Shown: positions 39,943-49,869, counted from the first letter of the stretch. The stretch is DNA of 64,000 nt from Candidatus Bathyarchaeota archaeon (GCA_963782525.1 CAWAKC010000003.1:96001-160000), one strand, 5' to 3'. Made by a program: numbers and translations. Notes: a model not told the origin generated them from the sequence alone.

Positions 39943-40084
39943 TTGACTGCTATAGCTGTATCTGGTTTTAGGAAACGTGTTTGTGTGGATTGTGGCAGAC
40001 ACGTTAAGAACGGAGCGGACCGCTGTCAGATCATGCAACATGAAAGCTAACTACAAATCCAAACATAAGGGAGACAAGAAATAA
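39943..40084 (+). pseudogene. Zinc-finger protein with a one-base frameshift
   Basis: GGAGG RBS; TTG...CVDCGRHVKNGADRC then +1 frame RSCNMKANYKSKHKGDKK*, with the stop overlapping the next ATG. Confidence 0.5.
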
Positions 40085-40269
40085 TGGCAGCCCAAGACGG
40101 TTACGGCCTACTGTTTTTAGCGGTGTTTCTTGGAATTATAATAATCGTTGGAATTGCGCTTGTCGCTGTGTTTGCCCCGGAATACACAACTTTAGCTTTG
40201 CTAATCGTTGGCATTCTTGCATTCTCAATCTTGGCGTTAACGTATGGACTAGGAGGTGAAAGACAGTGA
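40084..40269 (+). CDS. Small 2-TM membrane protein (provirus)
   Basis: 61 aa, two hydrophobic helices. Confidence 0.7.
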   Translation: MAAQDGYGLLFLAVFLGIIIIVGIALVAVFAPEYTTLALLIVGILAFSILALTYGLGGERQ

Positions 40270-40580
40270 CACAGGCATCCGGCGAACCGTTCGGAGAAAA
40301 GCAAGATCATGTATGTGCTAAGTGTAAGTGGCTAAGGGATATGAAACTTAGCACCAACAAGAACCGTTTTTATCAGTGCTTCTTTGGCTATCATAAACGA
40401 ATGTACTATAGCACAGCTCAGTATAGTAGCTGTGACCGCTTCAATGCTAAGGCTTCAACACATTATAAGTCAATGGTTGCGCATAGACTTGAGCGAATAC
40501 TAACCAAACTGCACCATGTTTATGTTTGGTTAGATAAGCCCTATTGGTATATGGTTAATTGGCTGCGTAAGTACGAATAA
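40266..40580 (+). CDS. Cys-containing hypothetical protein (provirus)
   Basis: GGAGGTGA RBS; CAKC...C...C. Confidence 0.6.
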   Translation: MTQASGEPFGEKQDHVCAKCKWLRDMKLSTNKNRFYQCFFGYHKRMYYSTAQYSSCDRFNAKASTHYKSMVAHRLERILTKLHHVYVWLDKPYWYMVNWLRKYE

Positions 40581-41016
40581 GAGGCAATAGAAGCAGCCAA
40601 ACACTCTTTTTTATATTTGTACCACAATGCCACTAAAAAAGCGGTTCCCATAGTTAATTAATTAATTACAGACTAAAATAAGGATAGAATAAGCCCCTTT
40701 GGTTCTGACTATTTAATGATGCGTCAATAAGGTATTATGGCGCATGAACCATTGTTTAGTTTCTATCTAACTGTTTTGAGTTCGGTTTGGTTGTTCATAT
40801 TAATTGATATAAAATAGAAGGTTAACTGTTCACTTGTTTACCCTACTCTAATTAGATTAAAAGATTGTGCAAAGTTTCTATTAGTTGCGGTTGTGTGGGT
40901 GTATGTTGTTAGCTCTACTGTTGATGTTTTTATCTACCCTATAAGACCATACAGCAGATTTTAAAGCGCACCATATAATTATGAGCTAAAAAAGTGTAGG
41001 CTGAATGCTCAAGTTT

Positions 41017-41163
41017 CTATTGCTTATTCTCAGCTTCCCTAATCTTAGTTAGGCAGTGTTCTATCGCATGGCTTCTATTAGCGAAGGTTGTATCTTTAAC
41101 TTTCCGATCAACCCACTTTAAGAGATCATCACTTATTGTGATGGCGATTCTTTTCTTAACCAT
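41017..41163 (-). CDS. Ribbon-helix-helix (CopG) regulator, 48 aa (not in ORF track)
   Basis: MVKKRIAITISDDLLKWVDRKVKDTTFANRSHAIEHCL. Confidence 0.8.
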   Translation of the reverse strand: MVKKRIAITISDDLLKWVDRKVKDTTFANRSHAIEHCLTKIREAENKQ

Positions 41164-41195
41164 ATCACTCATTTTAACCATATCACCCTTTAACC
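41156..41195. promoter_or_regulatory. Direct-repeat operator over the RHH gene start
   Basis: TTAACCATATCAC at 41156 and 41174 plus TTAACC at 41190. Confidence 0.5.
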
Positions 41196-41243
41196 GTTTA
41201 TGTCCTATAGTATGCAGTTATACACAATCGTTATATAATACTT

Positions 41244-41606
41244 TTGATAAATACCGACATAGCCCTAAAGGTGTTTAAAATGGAAAACGTAAATCAAATA
41301 ATAAACCTACCCACAGAAGAATTTAGCATCCTTGAAAATCTATCAAAAAAAGAGAACATGACAACCGACCAATATCTAAGCGAATTGATCCATGACAAGG
41401 TAAGCAATGGGGTACTATCTAAAAGCGAAATGTGGGTTACTACGCTTGAGATGGTTATGGCCCAGCTCAACGAACATAAAGACATAAGTGACTTAAGAAA
41501 TGAAATCGCCGGCGATCTGCTTGTTGCTAAGATAAGTTTAGACTTTGATAGAACTGGAAAGGTTGACGACAAAAAAATTAAGAGCTACATATCAGAATTA
41601 TTCTGA
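41244..41606 (+). CDS. RHH-like domain protein (provirus)
   Basis: IINLPTEEFSILENLSKKENMTTDQYLSELI. Confidence 0.55.
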   Translation: MINTDIALKVFKMENVNQIINLPTEEFSILENLSKKENMTTDQYLSELIHDKVSNGVLSKSEMWVTTLEMVMAQLNEHKDISDLRNEIAGDLLVAKISLDFDRTGKVDDKKIKSYISELF

Positions 41607-41642
41607 ACATCAACTTTTTTCTTTTTTTGCAAGTCCATAATC

Positions 41643-42410
41643 TTAGACGTTATCCATTGTTTGAACTGCATAGCGCCTTGTGTACCTATAAGCGGTGGCT
41701 TCTTCTTCCAAGTCTAACGTATCCCTAACCTTTGTGATACCGGCTAAATCGTTGCCGTACTTCCGAGCGATCTCAGCGCCTTTAGTTTCCCTAAACAAGT
41801 GACACCAACATTCGGGATCAACTGCTTTAATCATTCTAAGAAGCTGGCTGCCTGACAAGTGGGTGTTCGGGTCCACCATCATTAAGTTTCCAAACGAATA
41901 GATGTTTCTTGGGAACAGATATTTAGAGTCTGGATGTTTCTTTTTCATAAACTCCAGGTATTCTATAATTAATTTAGCGTAAGAATTATCTGCAATAATA
42001 TTTTTAATTCTTGTATCTTCTTTTATTCTGAATCCTTCTTGGGTTAAAGTCCATGCTTTATGTTCTGCAATTAAATCAGAATATTGTTTGGAAATTAAAT
42101 AATTATTTGGCAATTGTCCTTTATTTATTTGGGATTTTATTAATTTAACGAATTGATAAAAGCCTCTTTTATGCTTTTTAGAGATTGTCCAAGTAATATT
42201 CAAGTAATTATCTGCAATTATTAGATCAATTATTTTTAATCTGGATATTTCCGAACGCCTTTTTCCGAATATTTTTAATAATCCAATTAATGCTTTTACC
42301 CTCAAACGCCTATATTCGTCATTTATTTTATTTGCTTCAACTAGCATTTTCTCTATATCTAAGGTTGTTAGAATGGGCCTGTTGCGGTAAATCTTTTTAG
42401 CGTTAGTCAT
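41643..42410 (-). CDS. Tyrosine recombinase, catalytic domain only
   Basis: FGKRRSEISRL, SKK, HLFR, terminal AYRY; no N-terminal binding domain. Confidence 0.8.
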   Translation of the reverse strand: MTNAKKIYRNRPILTTLDIEKMLVEANKINDEYRRLRVKALIGLLKIFGKRRSEISRLKIIDLIIADNYLNITWTISKKHKRGFYQFVKLIKSQINKGQLPNNYLISKQYSDLIAEHKAWTLTQEGFRIKEDTRIKNIIADNSYAKLIIEYLEFMKKKHPDSKYLFPRNIYSFGNLMMVDPNTHLSGSQLLRMIKAVDPECWCHLFRETKGAEIARKYGNDLAGITKVRDTLDLEEEATAYRYTRRYAVQTMDNV

Positions 42411-42838
42411 TCGGCTTTAACTCCTAAAGTTTCTATGGGTTGCAGTTCCTTCTCTAAAACTTCCTTGACGCTTCCAACATCTCTTATGCAATTTTGAATA
42501 GCTAACACATTGTTTAGGTGTTTGTACACTCCCCGGTGTTTCTTTCCTTCAGCTATGTTTTGGTATTTTAAAATAAGTGTTCGGGTGATTGGTTGGTTAA
42601 TATGTACTGTCCAGCCTAAACCCCAGCGTAGTTTTTCCCATTGGGCTAATTCAGTTTTCTTAGTGGTTAAGCCTTGCTTTAATGCTTCAAACGGATAAGT
42701 TATTTTTAGCTTCTCAAGGCGATTAACTTCTTTATCTAATTCAAGGTAATAGACTTCTAACGAGTTATGAATAGCTTGGCTTGCTGTTAACAGCTCAAGA
42801 ATAAATTGGGCTTCTCTTGGTTCTATGTGTGGTCGCAT
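42407..42838 (-). CDS. Hypothetical protein (provirus)
   Basis: 143 aa, ATGA-coupled to the recombinase. Confidence 0.65.
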   Translation of the reverse strand: MRPHIEPREAQFILELLTASQAIHNSLEVYYLELDKEVNRLEKLKITYPFEALKQGLTTKKTELAQWEKLRWGLGWTVHINQPITRTLILKYQNIAEGKKHRGVYKHLNNVLAIQNCIRDVGSVKEVLEKELQPIETLGVKAE

Positions 42839-43042
42839 ATTCTACACCTTACCTTTTTGTGTTCTTAGGGTGGGTATATTTGCTTCAAATATTGCATTCG
42901 TTTTCATGCTTTCACCAAACTATCAACATTTTTAGCTCGACATTCAAAACAATCTATTTCTCTATGGCATAAACGATAAAGTGGAGCTGGGCAAAAACTT
43001 GGATTGTTAGTTAAGTCAAACATCTATATCCCTTAACAAATT

Positions 43043-43343
43043 TTAGCGGTGTCCTAGCTTCCGCATTTTCTTATCGTGAGCTTTAGGTTTCTTGTCGGTT
43101 AAGTGGTGTTTGTGGCATTCTACTTTGTACGCTTTTGGGTTCTGATTGATGTCGCTCCATTTTTCTTTTCTACCACGTGGACCCGAACGGCTCAATTTTG
43201 TTTGCCTAATGTGTGCAAATTGGAGTTTAGAAAGGCCGCTTTTCTTTACAGCCTCTATGTTGGCAGCCATGTTTGCTAGGAGAAACTTTACGGATTAAAG
43301 CCGGCTTCCGCTTCTTAGCCCAGGTATTCGATTGATTAGCCAA
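43043..43343 (-). pseudogene. HNH-like nuclease with a frameshift
   Basis: GGAGG RBS, TTG at 43343: ...GCQHRGCKEKR then a frame change to LSKLQFAH...KVECHKHH. Confidence 0.45.
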
Positions 43344-43374
43344 TTAATTTAGCCTCCCAACAACTTTGGCAATA

Positions 43375-43737
43375 CTATCTGCTAGCGGACCTATGAAAAT
43401 TATAAGGCTCTAATTTTGCCCTGCATTCACTACAGCGCCCCCTAATTCTTTGCGGCTTTTTACTTCGCATCTTAAGAAAAACAACATCATAATCTCTTTT
43501 GGTTCTCTGAGCTAAACCGATTAACTCATTAATTGAGTAGCTTGAGAGTTCTTTTAGAAAAACGTCATTCTCAACCTTTAGGTTTTCTCTTTTTCGACCT
43601 AGCCCAATCCCGCATAAAATCCAAGTTTCTTTCTGAGTTTTTTTCCGATTTAAAAATTCAAGGCAAATAGCTCTACATTTATCCCGCAATTCAATGAATA
43701 AGGCTAAGTCGCTTTGTTGTTGTTGACTTGTTAACAT
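43375..43737 (-). CDS. Hypothetical protein (provirus)
   Basis: 120 aa with C-terminal CSEC. Confidence 0.5.
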   Translation of the reverse strand: MLTSQQQQSDLALFIELRDKCRAICLEFLNRKKTQKETWILCGIGLGRKRENLKVENDVFLKELSSYSINELIGLAQRTKRDYDVVFLKMRSKKPQRIRGRCSECRAKLEPYNFHRSASR

Positions 43738-43964
43738 GGCTTATTATCTCCATTTTTCTTAGCAAGTTCTGTTATCGCTTGGCTTAGGTCCACAAGGCAA
43801 TCTAAAAAAGAATTTTCAATTAAGCGTCTTCCGGCGTAAATCTCCATGAAGGCATGTTCATAACTGATAAACATAGTAGCAGCTACTTTGTTTTGTTCTG
43901 TTTCGTTGGGATTGTCTAAGATTTGTTGAAAATATGCTAGGGGTTTTTTGCTTAACTTTTGCAT
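43731..43964 (-). CDS. Hypothetical protein (provirus)
   Basis: 77-aa ORF in a co-oriented cluster. Confidence 0.55.
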   Translation of the reverse strand: MQKLSKKPLAYFQQILDNPNETEQNKVAATMFISYEHAFMEIYAGRRLIENSFLDCLVDLSQAITELAKKNGDNKPC

Positions 43965-44054
43965 GTCAAAAAAGAATTTGTTTTCTTCCTCTGAGCTGTC
44001 TCTTAGTTTCCTGGATTATTCGGGAAACTTGAGGCATTAAAGCCACTGTTTTGC

Positions 44055-44237
44055 TCAAACGCAATATGACCTCCAACCGTCTTTTTTCCAAATTCTTTTT
44101 TGCAGCTTCTCATTTTTCTTAAAATCCTTCAATCCTGCGTATAATTGTGCGTTAAGTAGCTGGCAGTTTTCAACCTCAAGTTCTGTTCTTATTTGTTCAA
44201 TGATCTTTTTCTGTTTCTTTTTATCATGCTTACTCAA
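44055..44237 (-). CDS. Small basic protein (provirus)
   Basis: 60 aa, Lys-rich, coupled to the upstream gene. Confidence 0.55.
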   Translation of the reverse strand: MSKHDKKKQKKIIEQIRTELEVENCQLLNAQLYAGLKDFKKNEKLQKRIWKKDGWRSYCV

Positions 44238-44500
44238 TTTGTTTTAACTCCTTTAGCTAGTCTTTCCCTGTTAAACTCGGATAGCAACCAAACAACGCCT
44301 CCAACAGTGCCAAAAATAGAGAGAGCGATTTCAGCAGTTAAAATAAGTAAGTTTGGTTCACCCACCAAAACTTTATGGCTTGGATTAAGAAATATTAAAG
44401 CTAAGACAAAAGCAAAAAAACCGTTTCCAACTGTTACGATTGAGAACAAAAGATACTTTGATGCACTCCAGTAGCTAGTTTGTTTACTCATATTTTCCAC
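44234..44500 (-). CDS. Small 2-TM membrane protein (provirus)
   Basis: Two hydrophobic helices. Confidence 0.65.
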   Translation of the reverse strand: MENMSKQTSYWSASKYLLFSIVTVGNGFFAFVLALIFLNPSHKVLVGEPNLLILTAEIALSIFGTVGGVVWLLSEFNRERLAKGVKTN

Positions 44501-44735
44501 CTTTCAAACGAGAAACCCACCGAGAACCCCACTTCCCTAACGCTGCTTTTACCTGAGGATCTAGCAAATAGAACACAAGCATAGAAGCGACTAAACTTTG
44601 AATGCAAAACGACCATGTAAGAAAAGGCGATATATCAAAAGCAAAAGTTAGAATAATGAAAATTTGGCTGCAAATTATGCTGTAATATGCTAAGATGTAG
44701 CGGAGATATTTTTTTGCCTTGTTTTCTTGTGTCAT
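44484..44735 (-). CDS. Small 2-TM membrane protein (provirus)
   Basis: Two hydrophobic helices, basic tail. Confidence 0.65.
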   Translation of the reverse strand: MTQENKAKKYLRYILAYYSIICSQIFIILTFAFDISPFLTWSFCIQSLVASMLVFYLLDPQVKAALGKWGSRWVSRLKGGKYE

Positions 44736-44747
44736 GTCTTATTCTCC

Positions 44748-45989
44748 CTAATAATTCTGCATGCGTTTCCTAGCGCCAACTACGCCTGCCATAACTGCTA
44801 AGGATAAAGCTGCAATAATGGACCCTTGCGGAATAGTAATCCAGCCTAAAGCCGTCAAAATAATAGCAGTTAATACCACTATGACAGCGGCAGCCTCACT
44901 AGTTAACTCACTAAAACACCCAGCCGCAAAAATAATAATTAAAGCCGGAATTAAAACGGCTGTTGTTACGGGGAATCCTGCGCCAAGAAAGTCTAAGCTG
45001 AAGGGGTCATGTGCTTTTGTGTATTCTCCTAAGAGGTAATGTTCATAGTAGAAGGTTCCATAGGTTGCGTGATCTATGGTTATGGTTACTTGGTAGCTTG
45101 TGGCGTTGTCTACGCTTGTCCATGTATAGCTAAAAAGGTTATCGCTTGAAAATATATGGGTGTATTCTACTGCTCCGCTTGTAGCGTTCGTAATAGTTAC
45201 GTTAACGCTGTTTGTGTTGCTAGTTAAGTCTTCATAGCTAATTGTGATTGCGCCAGTTGGGGTAAGGAAATCTCGTATGGCTGAAGTGTGAATGTACTGG
45301 TAGAGTTGTAAAGTTTCTTTAGGAAAATCTACGCCTCGCAAAGTTAATTGTACACCAGTGACAGCAGTAGCAACTAAATCGCCATAAACATTAGGCGTTA
45401 ATCCATCAGTAATAACAAGTCGGTAACGGCTGCCTGTAACTAAACCTAAAACTACGCTGTTCTGAGAATCAACAAGCCGCTTATCAATTGTTAAGTAGCT
45501 GCCAGCCCAATAAATTTGAGCTTCAATATACCGATAAGTTTTCAGCATTCCCACTTGATCCATAAAATTGATAACGTAATCTGAAGTATCAGCCCGTGAA
45601 CTAAAGAATAAGAAAAGTGGGTGATTTCCATGTGTTTGATCGTTAGAAGTTAACCAGTATTCCCTATGCGAGCTATTATAGTCAAAGCTGAAATATAGAA
45701 TTGTAGAGTTTGTTTCCCAGGAATAAGAACTGCTATGTACGCTGAAGGTTGCAACTGGAAGAATCTCATTTGCATAGTGAGCTGTAACAGTTACAGCTCC
45801 GGATAACAAAGCAGTAACATCGCTAGTGTATTTGTTATATGGACCGCTGAAAATCCATGTTTGCGTGTAAGTTATAGCTTTAACTTGTTGGGGAAAATAA
45901 GCGAAGAAAAGAGACGCAACTAATAGAACAAGCAATGTTAGCATCGCTGTTTTTTGCTTCATTATTTTTTTCTCGTTGTTTTTGCTCAT
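44748..45989 (-). CDS. Putative virion adhesin/spike: signal peptide, beta-rich ectodomain, 3 C-terminal TM helices
   Basis: ATG at 45989 just after the capsid-like gene; S/T/Y-rich domain with NxS/T sequons; hydrophobic C-terminus. Confidence 0.65.
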   Translation of the reverse strand: MSKNNEKKIMKQKTAMLTLLVLLVASLFFAYFPQQVKAITYTQTWIFSGPYNKYTSDVTALLSGAVTVTAHYANEILPVATFSVHSSSYSWETNSTILYFSFDYNSSHREYWLTSNDQTHGNHPLFLFFSSRADTSDYVINFMDQVGMLKTYRYIEAQIYWAGSYLTIDKRLVDSQNSVVLGLVTGSRYRLVITDGLTPNVYGDLVATAVTGVQLTLRGVDFPKETLQLYQYIHTSAIRDFLTPTGAITISYEDLTSNTNSVNVTITNATSGAVEYTHIFSSDNLFSYTWTSVDNATSYQVTITIDHATYGTFYYEHYLLGEYTKAHDPFSLDFLGAGFPVTTAVLIPALIIIFAAGCFSELTSEAAAVIVVLTAIILTALGWITIPQGSIIAALSLAVMAGVVGARKRMQNY

Positions 45990-45990
45990 G

Positions 45991-46263
45991 TTAGAACCCC
46001 GATTTAGAACCCAACCCAAGATAAAGCAAGACACCCATAGCGCCAACAACGATTAAGGCCACAGTGACTAAACCCATAGCAATCCAAATGTTAGTTTGAA
46101 CTGAAGTCCATGTACTGTTAGCTTTAGCGCTCCAAGTGTTGTTAGGTGTTTGACTGTTAACAAGCGCATTAACTACGATAATTCCGACTAGCAAAGAAAC
46201 CATTAAGCCAACCAACACAAAAATTATAGCTCCAACTCCCTTCTTGTTAGAAATCAATTTCAT
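45991..46263 (-). CDS. Putative major capsid protein of spindle-shaped-virus type (or pilin-like)
   Basis: 90 aa; two long hydrophobic helices joined by a loop with NNT and NST sequons; KKG-V class III-like leader; strong GAGGAGG RBS. Confidence 0.65.
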   Translation of the reverse strand: MKLISNKKGVGAIIFVLVGLMVSLLVGIIVVNALVNSQTPNNTWSAKANSTWTSVQTNIWIAMGLVTVALIVVGAMGVLLYLGLGSKSGF

Positions 46264-46318
46264 TTCTTAGTTTCCCCTCCTCTCTGTTCTTAAGGTAGCC
46301 TTTTGATTGTTGCAAACT

Positions 46319-46465
46319 TTAGTTTTGAAGTCCATCATCTTTTTTTCTTCTCCGCTTATCTAGAGGTATGTTAAACAGAGCCCTTGCAATTCTGATTAGT
46401 TCACGGTTTTCATGGTTGTTTTTTGTTACTGCTTTGCGATGCTTGTCTTTGTCTTTGTACGGCAC
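46319..46465 (-). CDS. 48-aa basic protein (not in ORF track), possible nucleoprotein
   Basis: MPYKDKDKHRKAVTKNNHENRELIRIARALFNIPLDKRRRKK; directly upstream of the capsid-like gene. Confidence 0.5.
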   Translation of the reverse strand: MPYKDKDKHRKAVTKNNHENRELIRIARALFNIPLDKRRRKKDDGLQN

Positions 46466-46729
46466 TGTTATGCCTCTAAGATATTAATATCCGATTTTAA
46501 CGTATAAGCTATTTGAAACCTGAATAAATTACAACTGCTTAAAATAATTCGGAATATATTACAAAAATTAAATTCTAATTGTTCAGATATTGGCCCCAAT
46601 TCTTTATGGAAAAAAAATTAATTAGTAATAATTAAAACAAATATGTAAAAATTACAATAAAAATGCCTTTTTTTGTAAAAAACGCAAGGTTTTTATGTCC
46701 ATGACAGTATAGCGTTAACCATTGAAAGG

Positions 46730-46927
46730 ATGATAAATATGATAGATAAACAAAAAAAGTACCCTCCTGAAGTTGTGCGAGCTGTTCAAGCCCAACTCAA
46801 AAGAGAGTACAGATTAAGAAAAAAACAAAAGGCTGAAGCAGCCCAGCGTGGTGGCCCGACTGCAACAGCCCCGCATAACCCCCCAACTACGATTAAGCAA
46901 TCAGAGGAGCTTTGCATAAATGAATAG
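46730..46927 (+). CDS. Small basic protein (provirus)
   Basis: 65 aa; first gene of the replication transcript. Confidence 0.5.
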   Translation: MINMIDKQKKYPPEVVRAVQAQLKREYRLRKKQKAEAAQRGGPTATAPHNPPTTIKQSEELCINE

Positions 46928-47083
46928 CCCAAAACCCCTTATTAGTTTTTTGCCAAAAATAGAGACGTTCTCAAAATGTTCTCAATGCCAACACTGGAGA
47001 AAAAAATGTTGTCTTCTGGGCTATACTGCAAGCGCAAATTCTAAGCCCTGTCATCAAGGCACTCTAAGGGGCAAACAAGACGC

Positions 47084-47344
47084 ATGACCTCGCAAAATTT
47101 CCTAGGGGAAGGCCCAAATAGAAACTCCAAATATTACGCAACTATCTCAAGCTGCAAATGCTGTGAATATTCAAACTGTCAACACCGACAAAAACATGGT
47201 TTCTGCATTTCTGAAAATGGAACACAAGCAACAGCCAACGAATTTAGACACGGAAACATAGGAGAACTTGAACGCCAAACTATCATTGAAACAAACCAAT
47301 GGTGCATAAACGAGCATTTAATCAATGGAGTGCCGACACAATGA
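47084..47344 (+). CDS. Cys-rich hypothetical protein (provirus)
   Basis: CKCCEYSNC...C; stop overlaps the primase ATG. Confidence 0.55.
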   Translation: MTSQNFLGEGPNRNSKYYATISSCKCCEYSNCQHRQKHGFCISENGTQATANEFRHGNIGELERQTIIETNQWCINEHLINGVPTQ

Positions 47345-49869
47345 ACGAACAGCAAGCTATACTAGTGCAGCGACTAAAAGAAGCCGAACTAAGCCTTAAC
47401 CGATTTTTTGAGGTAAAACCAGACAAAGCACCGGCAGAAGGTAAGGGTTACACAGCTCACCTTAGAACCCCTGAAGAAATGGATAAAGCTGGAGTAACAC
47501 GATGGGGAATAATGGGAGGCGACTTCTTAGTACCCATAGACACAGATATTCCAGAAATGGGTCCAATAATTAGAAAAATTTTACCCCGAACGTTTGAAAC
47601 TTTAAGCGTAGGCAGACAGCTACCACATTTCTATTTTCTTGTTTGGGGTAAAAGTGGAAAGCAACCTCCAAACGGAATATTACATATACCAAATGATTTC
47701 GATGAGAACGGAAAAAAAAGAGGAGCTGGAGAAATAAGAGTAGGTAATCAATATCTTGTTGCTCCAGGAACAGATGTTGACTATTACAACAGCAAAGGCG
47801 TTCATATCATAGGCAGATACAAAATTTTGAATGATGTACCCATAGCTAAACTTGAATACGATACCTTCATGGAAGCCTTAAAACCCTACAGATCAGAAAA
47901 CGAGAAAATATCATTGGAAGAAATGAAAACTGGAGTAGGAGCTAATTTTAGACACGCTAAAGCCATGAGCTATGCATATCATTTAATCAGCGTTACTAGG
48001 TTGGGTTACGACCTAGCATTAATGGAGCTTAACCGTTTTGGAAACGCTTGCACTCCACCGCTAATAGATCAAGATTATTTTGACAGAGCATTAAAAGCAG
48101 CAATCAATTTAGAAGCAGCAACACAAGCACGAATTGATGATAAAAAAAGAACTGTTCAAGAATGGGCTAAAATTCTATATGACGGCCAAGAATTACGAAC
48201 AGTTGAAAAAATTAAGGTTGAAGTAGAGCAAGAAGATAATCTGCCAAACTATGATTATTTCTGTCCTATCTTAGATAAGAGAGGAACAAGAGAGCCGTTT
48301 AAGCCGGCTAAAGTTGCTAAGTGGTTAAGTGAACACAGACATTTCAAAGCAGATAGAACAACCGACTTACTTTATTTCTACGATGGTCAAAGTTGGAGAG
48401 ATAACGGCGAAGTTTATTTACAAGAAATTCTCGGAAAAATTTTGGAAACAGAAAACAGACATGGCATATACACCGATGTTTTGCACGATTTAAAAGCCTT
48501 AGTTTATAATGATATAAAATTTAGCCAAAAAATTGCTTTAGAGAACGGATTATTAGACGTTGAAAGTCAAGAACTTTTACCATTTAACTTTAACGAAATG
48601 CCTTTCCACAAACTACCAATAACCTACAACAAAGACGCTAAATGCCCAAATTGGGAAGCATTCATATCTCAAGTGGTAAACTCTGATGATTTATTAACGA
48701 TCCAAGAATGGAGCGGATTCTTACTTTTACCAGATTACCGTTTCCACAAACTCTTATGGGTTCATGGTGAAGGCCGCAATGGAAAAGGCGTATGGCAAAG
48801 AACAATGGAAGCGATCCTAGGGGAAAACAATGTTTCAAGTATTGGCCTAGAAGAATTTAACGGCGGTCACCGTTTCGCATTAAGACAACTTTACGGAAAA
48901 CTCTTTAACCCATGTTCAGAACCAAACACAACTTACCCATTACAAACCCCATTATTGAAAAAAGCAACTGGACAAGACACAATAGAAGCCGAGATAAAAG
49001 GCAAACAGAACAGGTTAAAATTCAGAAACTACGCAAAAATAACGGTATTAGCTAATAAATTTCCTAAAGTGGAAGATACAACAACCGCATTCAAGGAAAG
49101 ACGTTTATTTATCAAATTCCCAAACGAATTTACCGGAACCAAACAAATACAGAACATAGAAGCTAATTGGCTAATAGTCAATGATGAAAAAAGCGGAATT
49201 CTTAATTGGATGCTCAAAGGCTTAGAACGACTCTTAACTAATGGATATTTTACCGAAAGCAAAACCCAACAAGAAACAGAAGCAGAATTTCTAAGAGCAA
49301 GCGACACAATCGGCGCTTTCCTAAAAGAAATGATAGTTTACAATAAAAACTTTGTAACAACACGAAGCGAAGCATACGAGAGCTATAAGAAATATTGCGA
49401 TACTATAGGATTAGAAGCGGAAAGCGAAAAGGCTTTTACTCAAAGATTAAAGGACACACCAAAAATTAGTGTTTGCTCAGTCAAGAAGCCTAAACAAGAA
49501 AGAGCCTGGAAAGGCATAACTTTAAAACTAATCAGCGATGACGGCGAAATTACAGAAGATAAGTCAAAAATAGACAATTTTACCCCCGAAAAAGATACAG
49601 CAGATACACAAGATACACCTATTGCACACTGTCCCACGTCTAACGATGTTACAAATAAACAAGTAGTAGAAGGTGTATCTCGTGTATCTAGTGTATCCGA
49701 AAGCGAACTTAAAGGATATACGCAGCTTGTTTGTGTTTTCTGTCAAAAAGGCATAATGGATAACGACTGGAAACAAGACGATTTTACCTGGGATAAGCCA
49801 GCTCACAAGAAATGCTATGATACTAAGAAATCAGAGTTAGCAGCTCAAGATGATAAGGAGGTTTCTTAG
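47341..49869 (+). CDS. Primase-helicase (Prim-Pol-like N-terminus plus P4/D5 SF3 helicase)
   Basis: IDTD, PHFYF, GEIR..QYLVAPG; NGLLD, HKLPITY, Walker A GEGRNGKG, ANKFP, ERRL; ATG at 47341. Confidence 0.9.
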   Translation: MNEQQAILVQRLKEAELSLNRFFEVKPDKAPAEGKGYTAHLRTPEEMDKAGVTRWGIMGGDFLVPIDTDIPEMGPIIRKILPRTFETLSVGRQLPHFYFLVWGKSGKQPPNGILHIPNDFDENGKKRGAGEIRVGNQYLVAPGTDVDYYNSKGVHIIGRYKILNDVPIAKLEYDTFMEALKPYRSENEKISLEEMKTGVGANFRHAKAMSYAYHLISVTRLGYDLALMELNRFGNACTPPLIDQDYFDRALKAAINLEAATQARIDDKKRTVQEWAKILYDGQELRTVEKIKVEVEQEDNLPNYDYFCPILDKRGTREPFKPAKVAKWLSEHRHFKADRTTDLLYFYDGQSWRDNGEVYLQEILGKILETENRHGIYTDVLHDLKALVYNDIKFSQKIALENGLLDVESQELLPFNFNEMPFHKLPITYNKDAKCPNWEAFISQVVNSDDLLTIQEWSGFLLLPDYRFHKLLWVHGEGRNGKGVWQRTMEAILGENNVSSIGLEEFNGGHRFALRQLYGKLFNPCSEPNTTYPLQTPLLKKATGQDTIEAEIKGKQNRLKFRNYAKITVLANKFPKVEDTTTAFKERRLFIKFPNEFTGTKQIQNIEANWLIVNDEKSGILNWMLKGLERLLTNGYFTESKTQQETEAEFLRASDTIGAFLKEMIVYNKNFVTTRSEAYESYKKYCDTIGLEAESEKAFTQRLKDTPKISVCSVKKPKQERAWKGITLKLISDDGEITEDKSKIDNFTPEKDTADTQDTPIAHCPTSNDVTNKQVVEGVSRVSSVSESELKGYTQLVCVFCQKGIMDNDWKQDDFTWDKPAHKKCYDTKKSELAAQDDKEVS
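49593..49698. repeat. Inverted iteron arrays (putative origin of replication)
   Basis: AGATACA(G/C) x3 with a 9-bp period, 54-bp spacer, GTGTATC(T/C) x3 with a 9-bp period. Confidence 0.75.

Noticed and set aside
40581-41016. Non-coding provirus gap (also 46470-46730) as a mini-CRISPR array or tRNA
   Set aside because: No regularly spaced repeats or cloverleaf found; just AT-rich sequence
45990-46049. ORF-track extension of the 433-aa membrane protein
   Set aside because: Overlaps the capsid-like gene; ATG at 45989 gives a proper signal peptide
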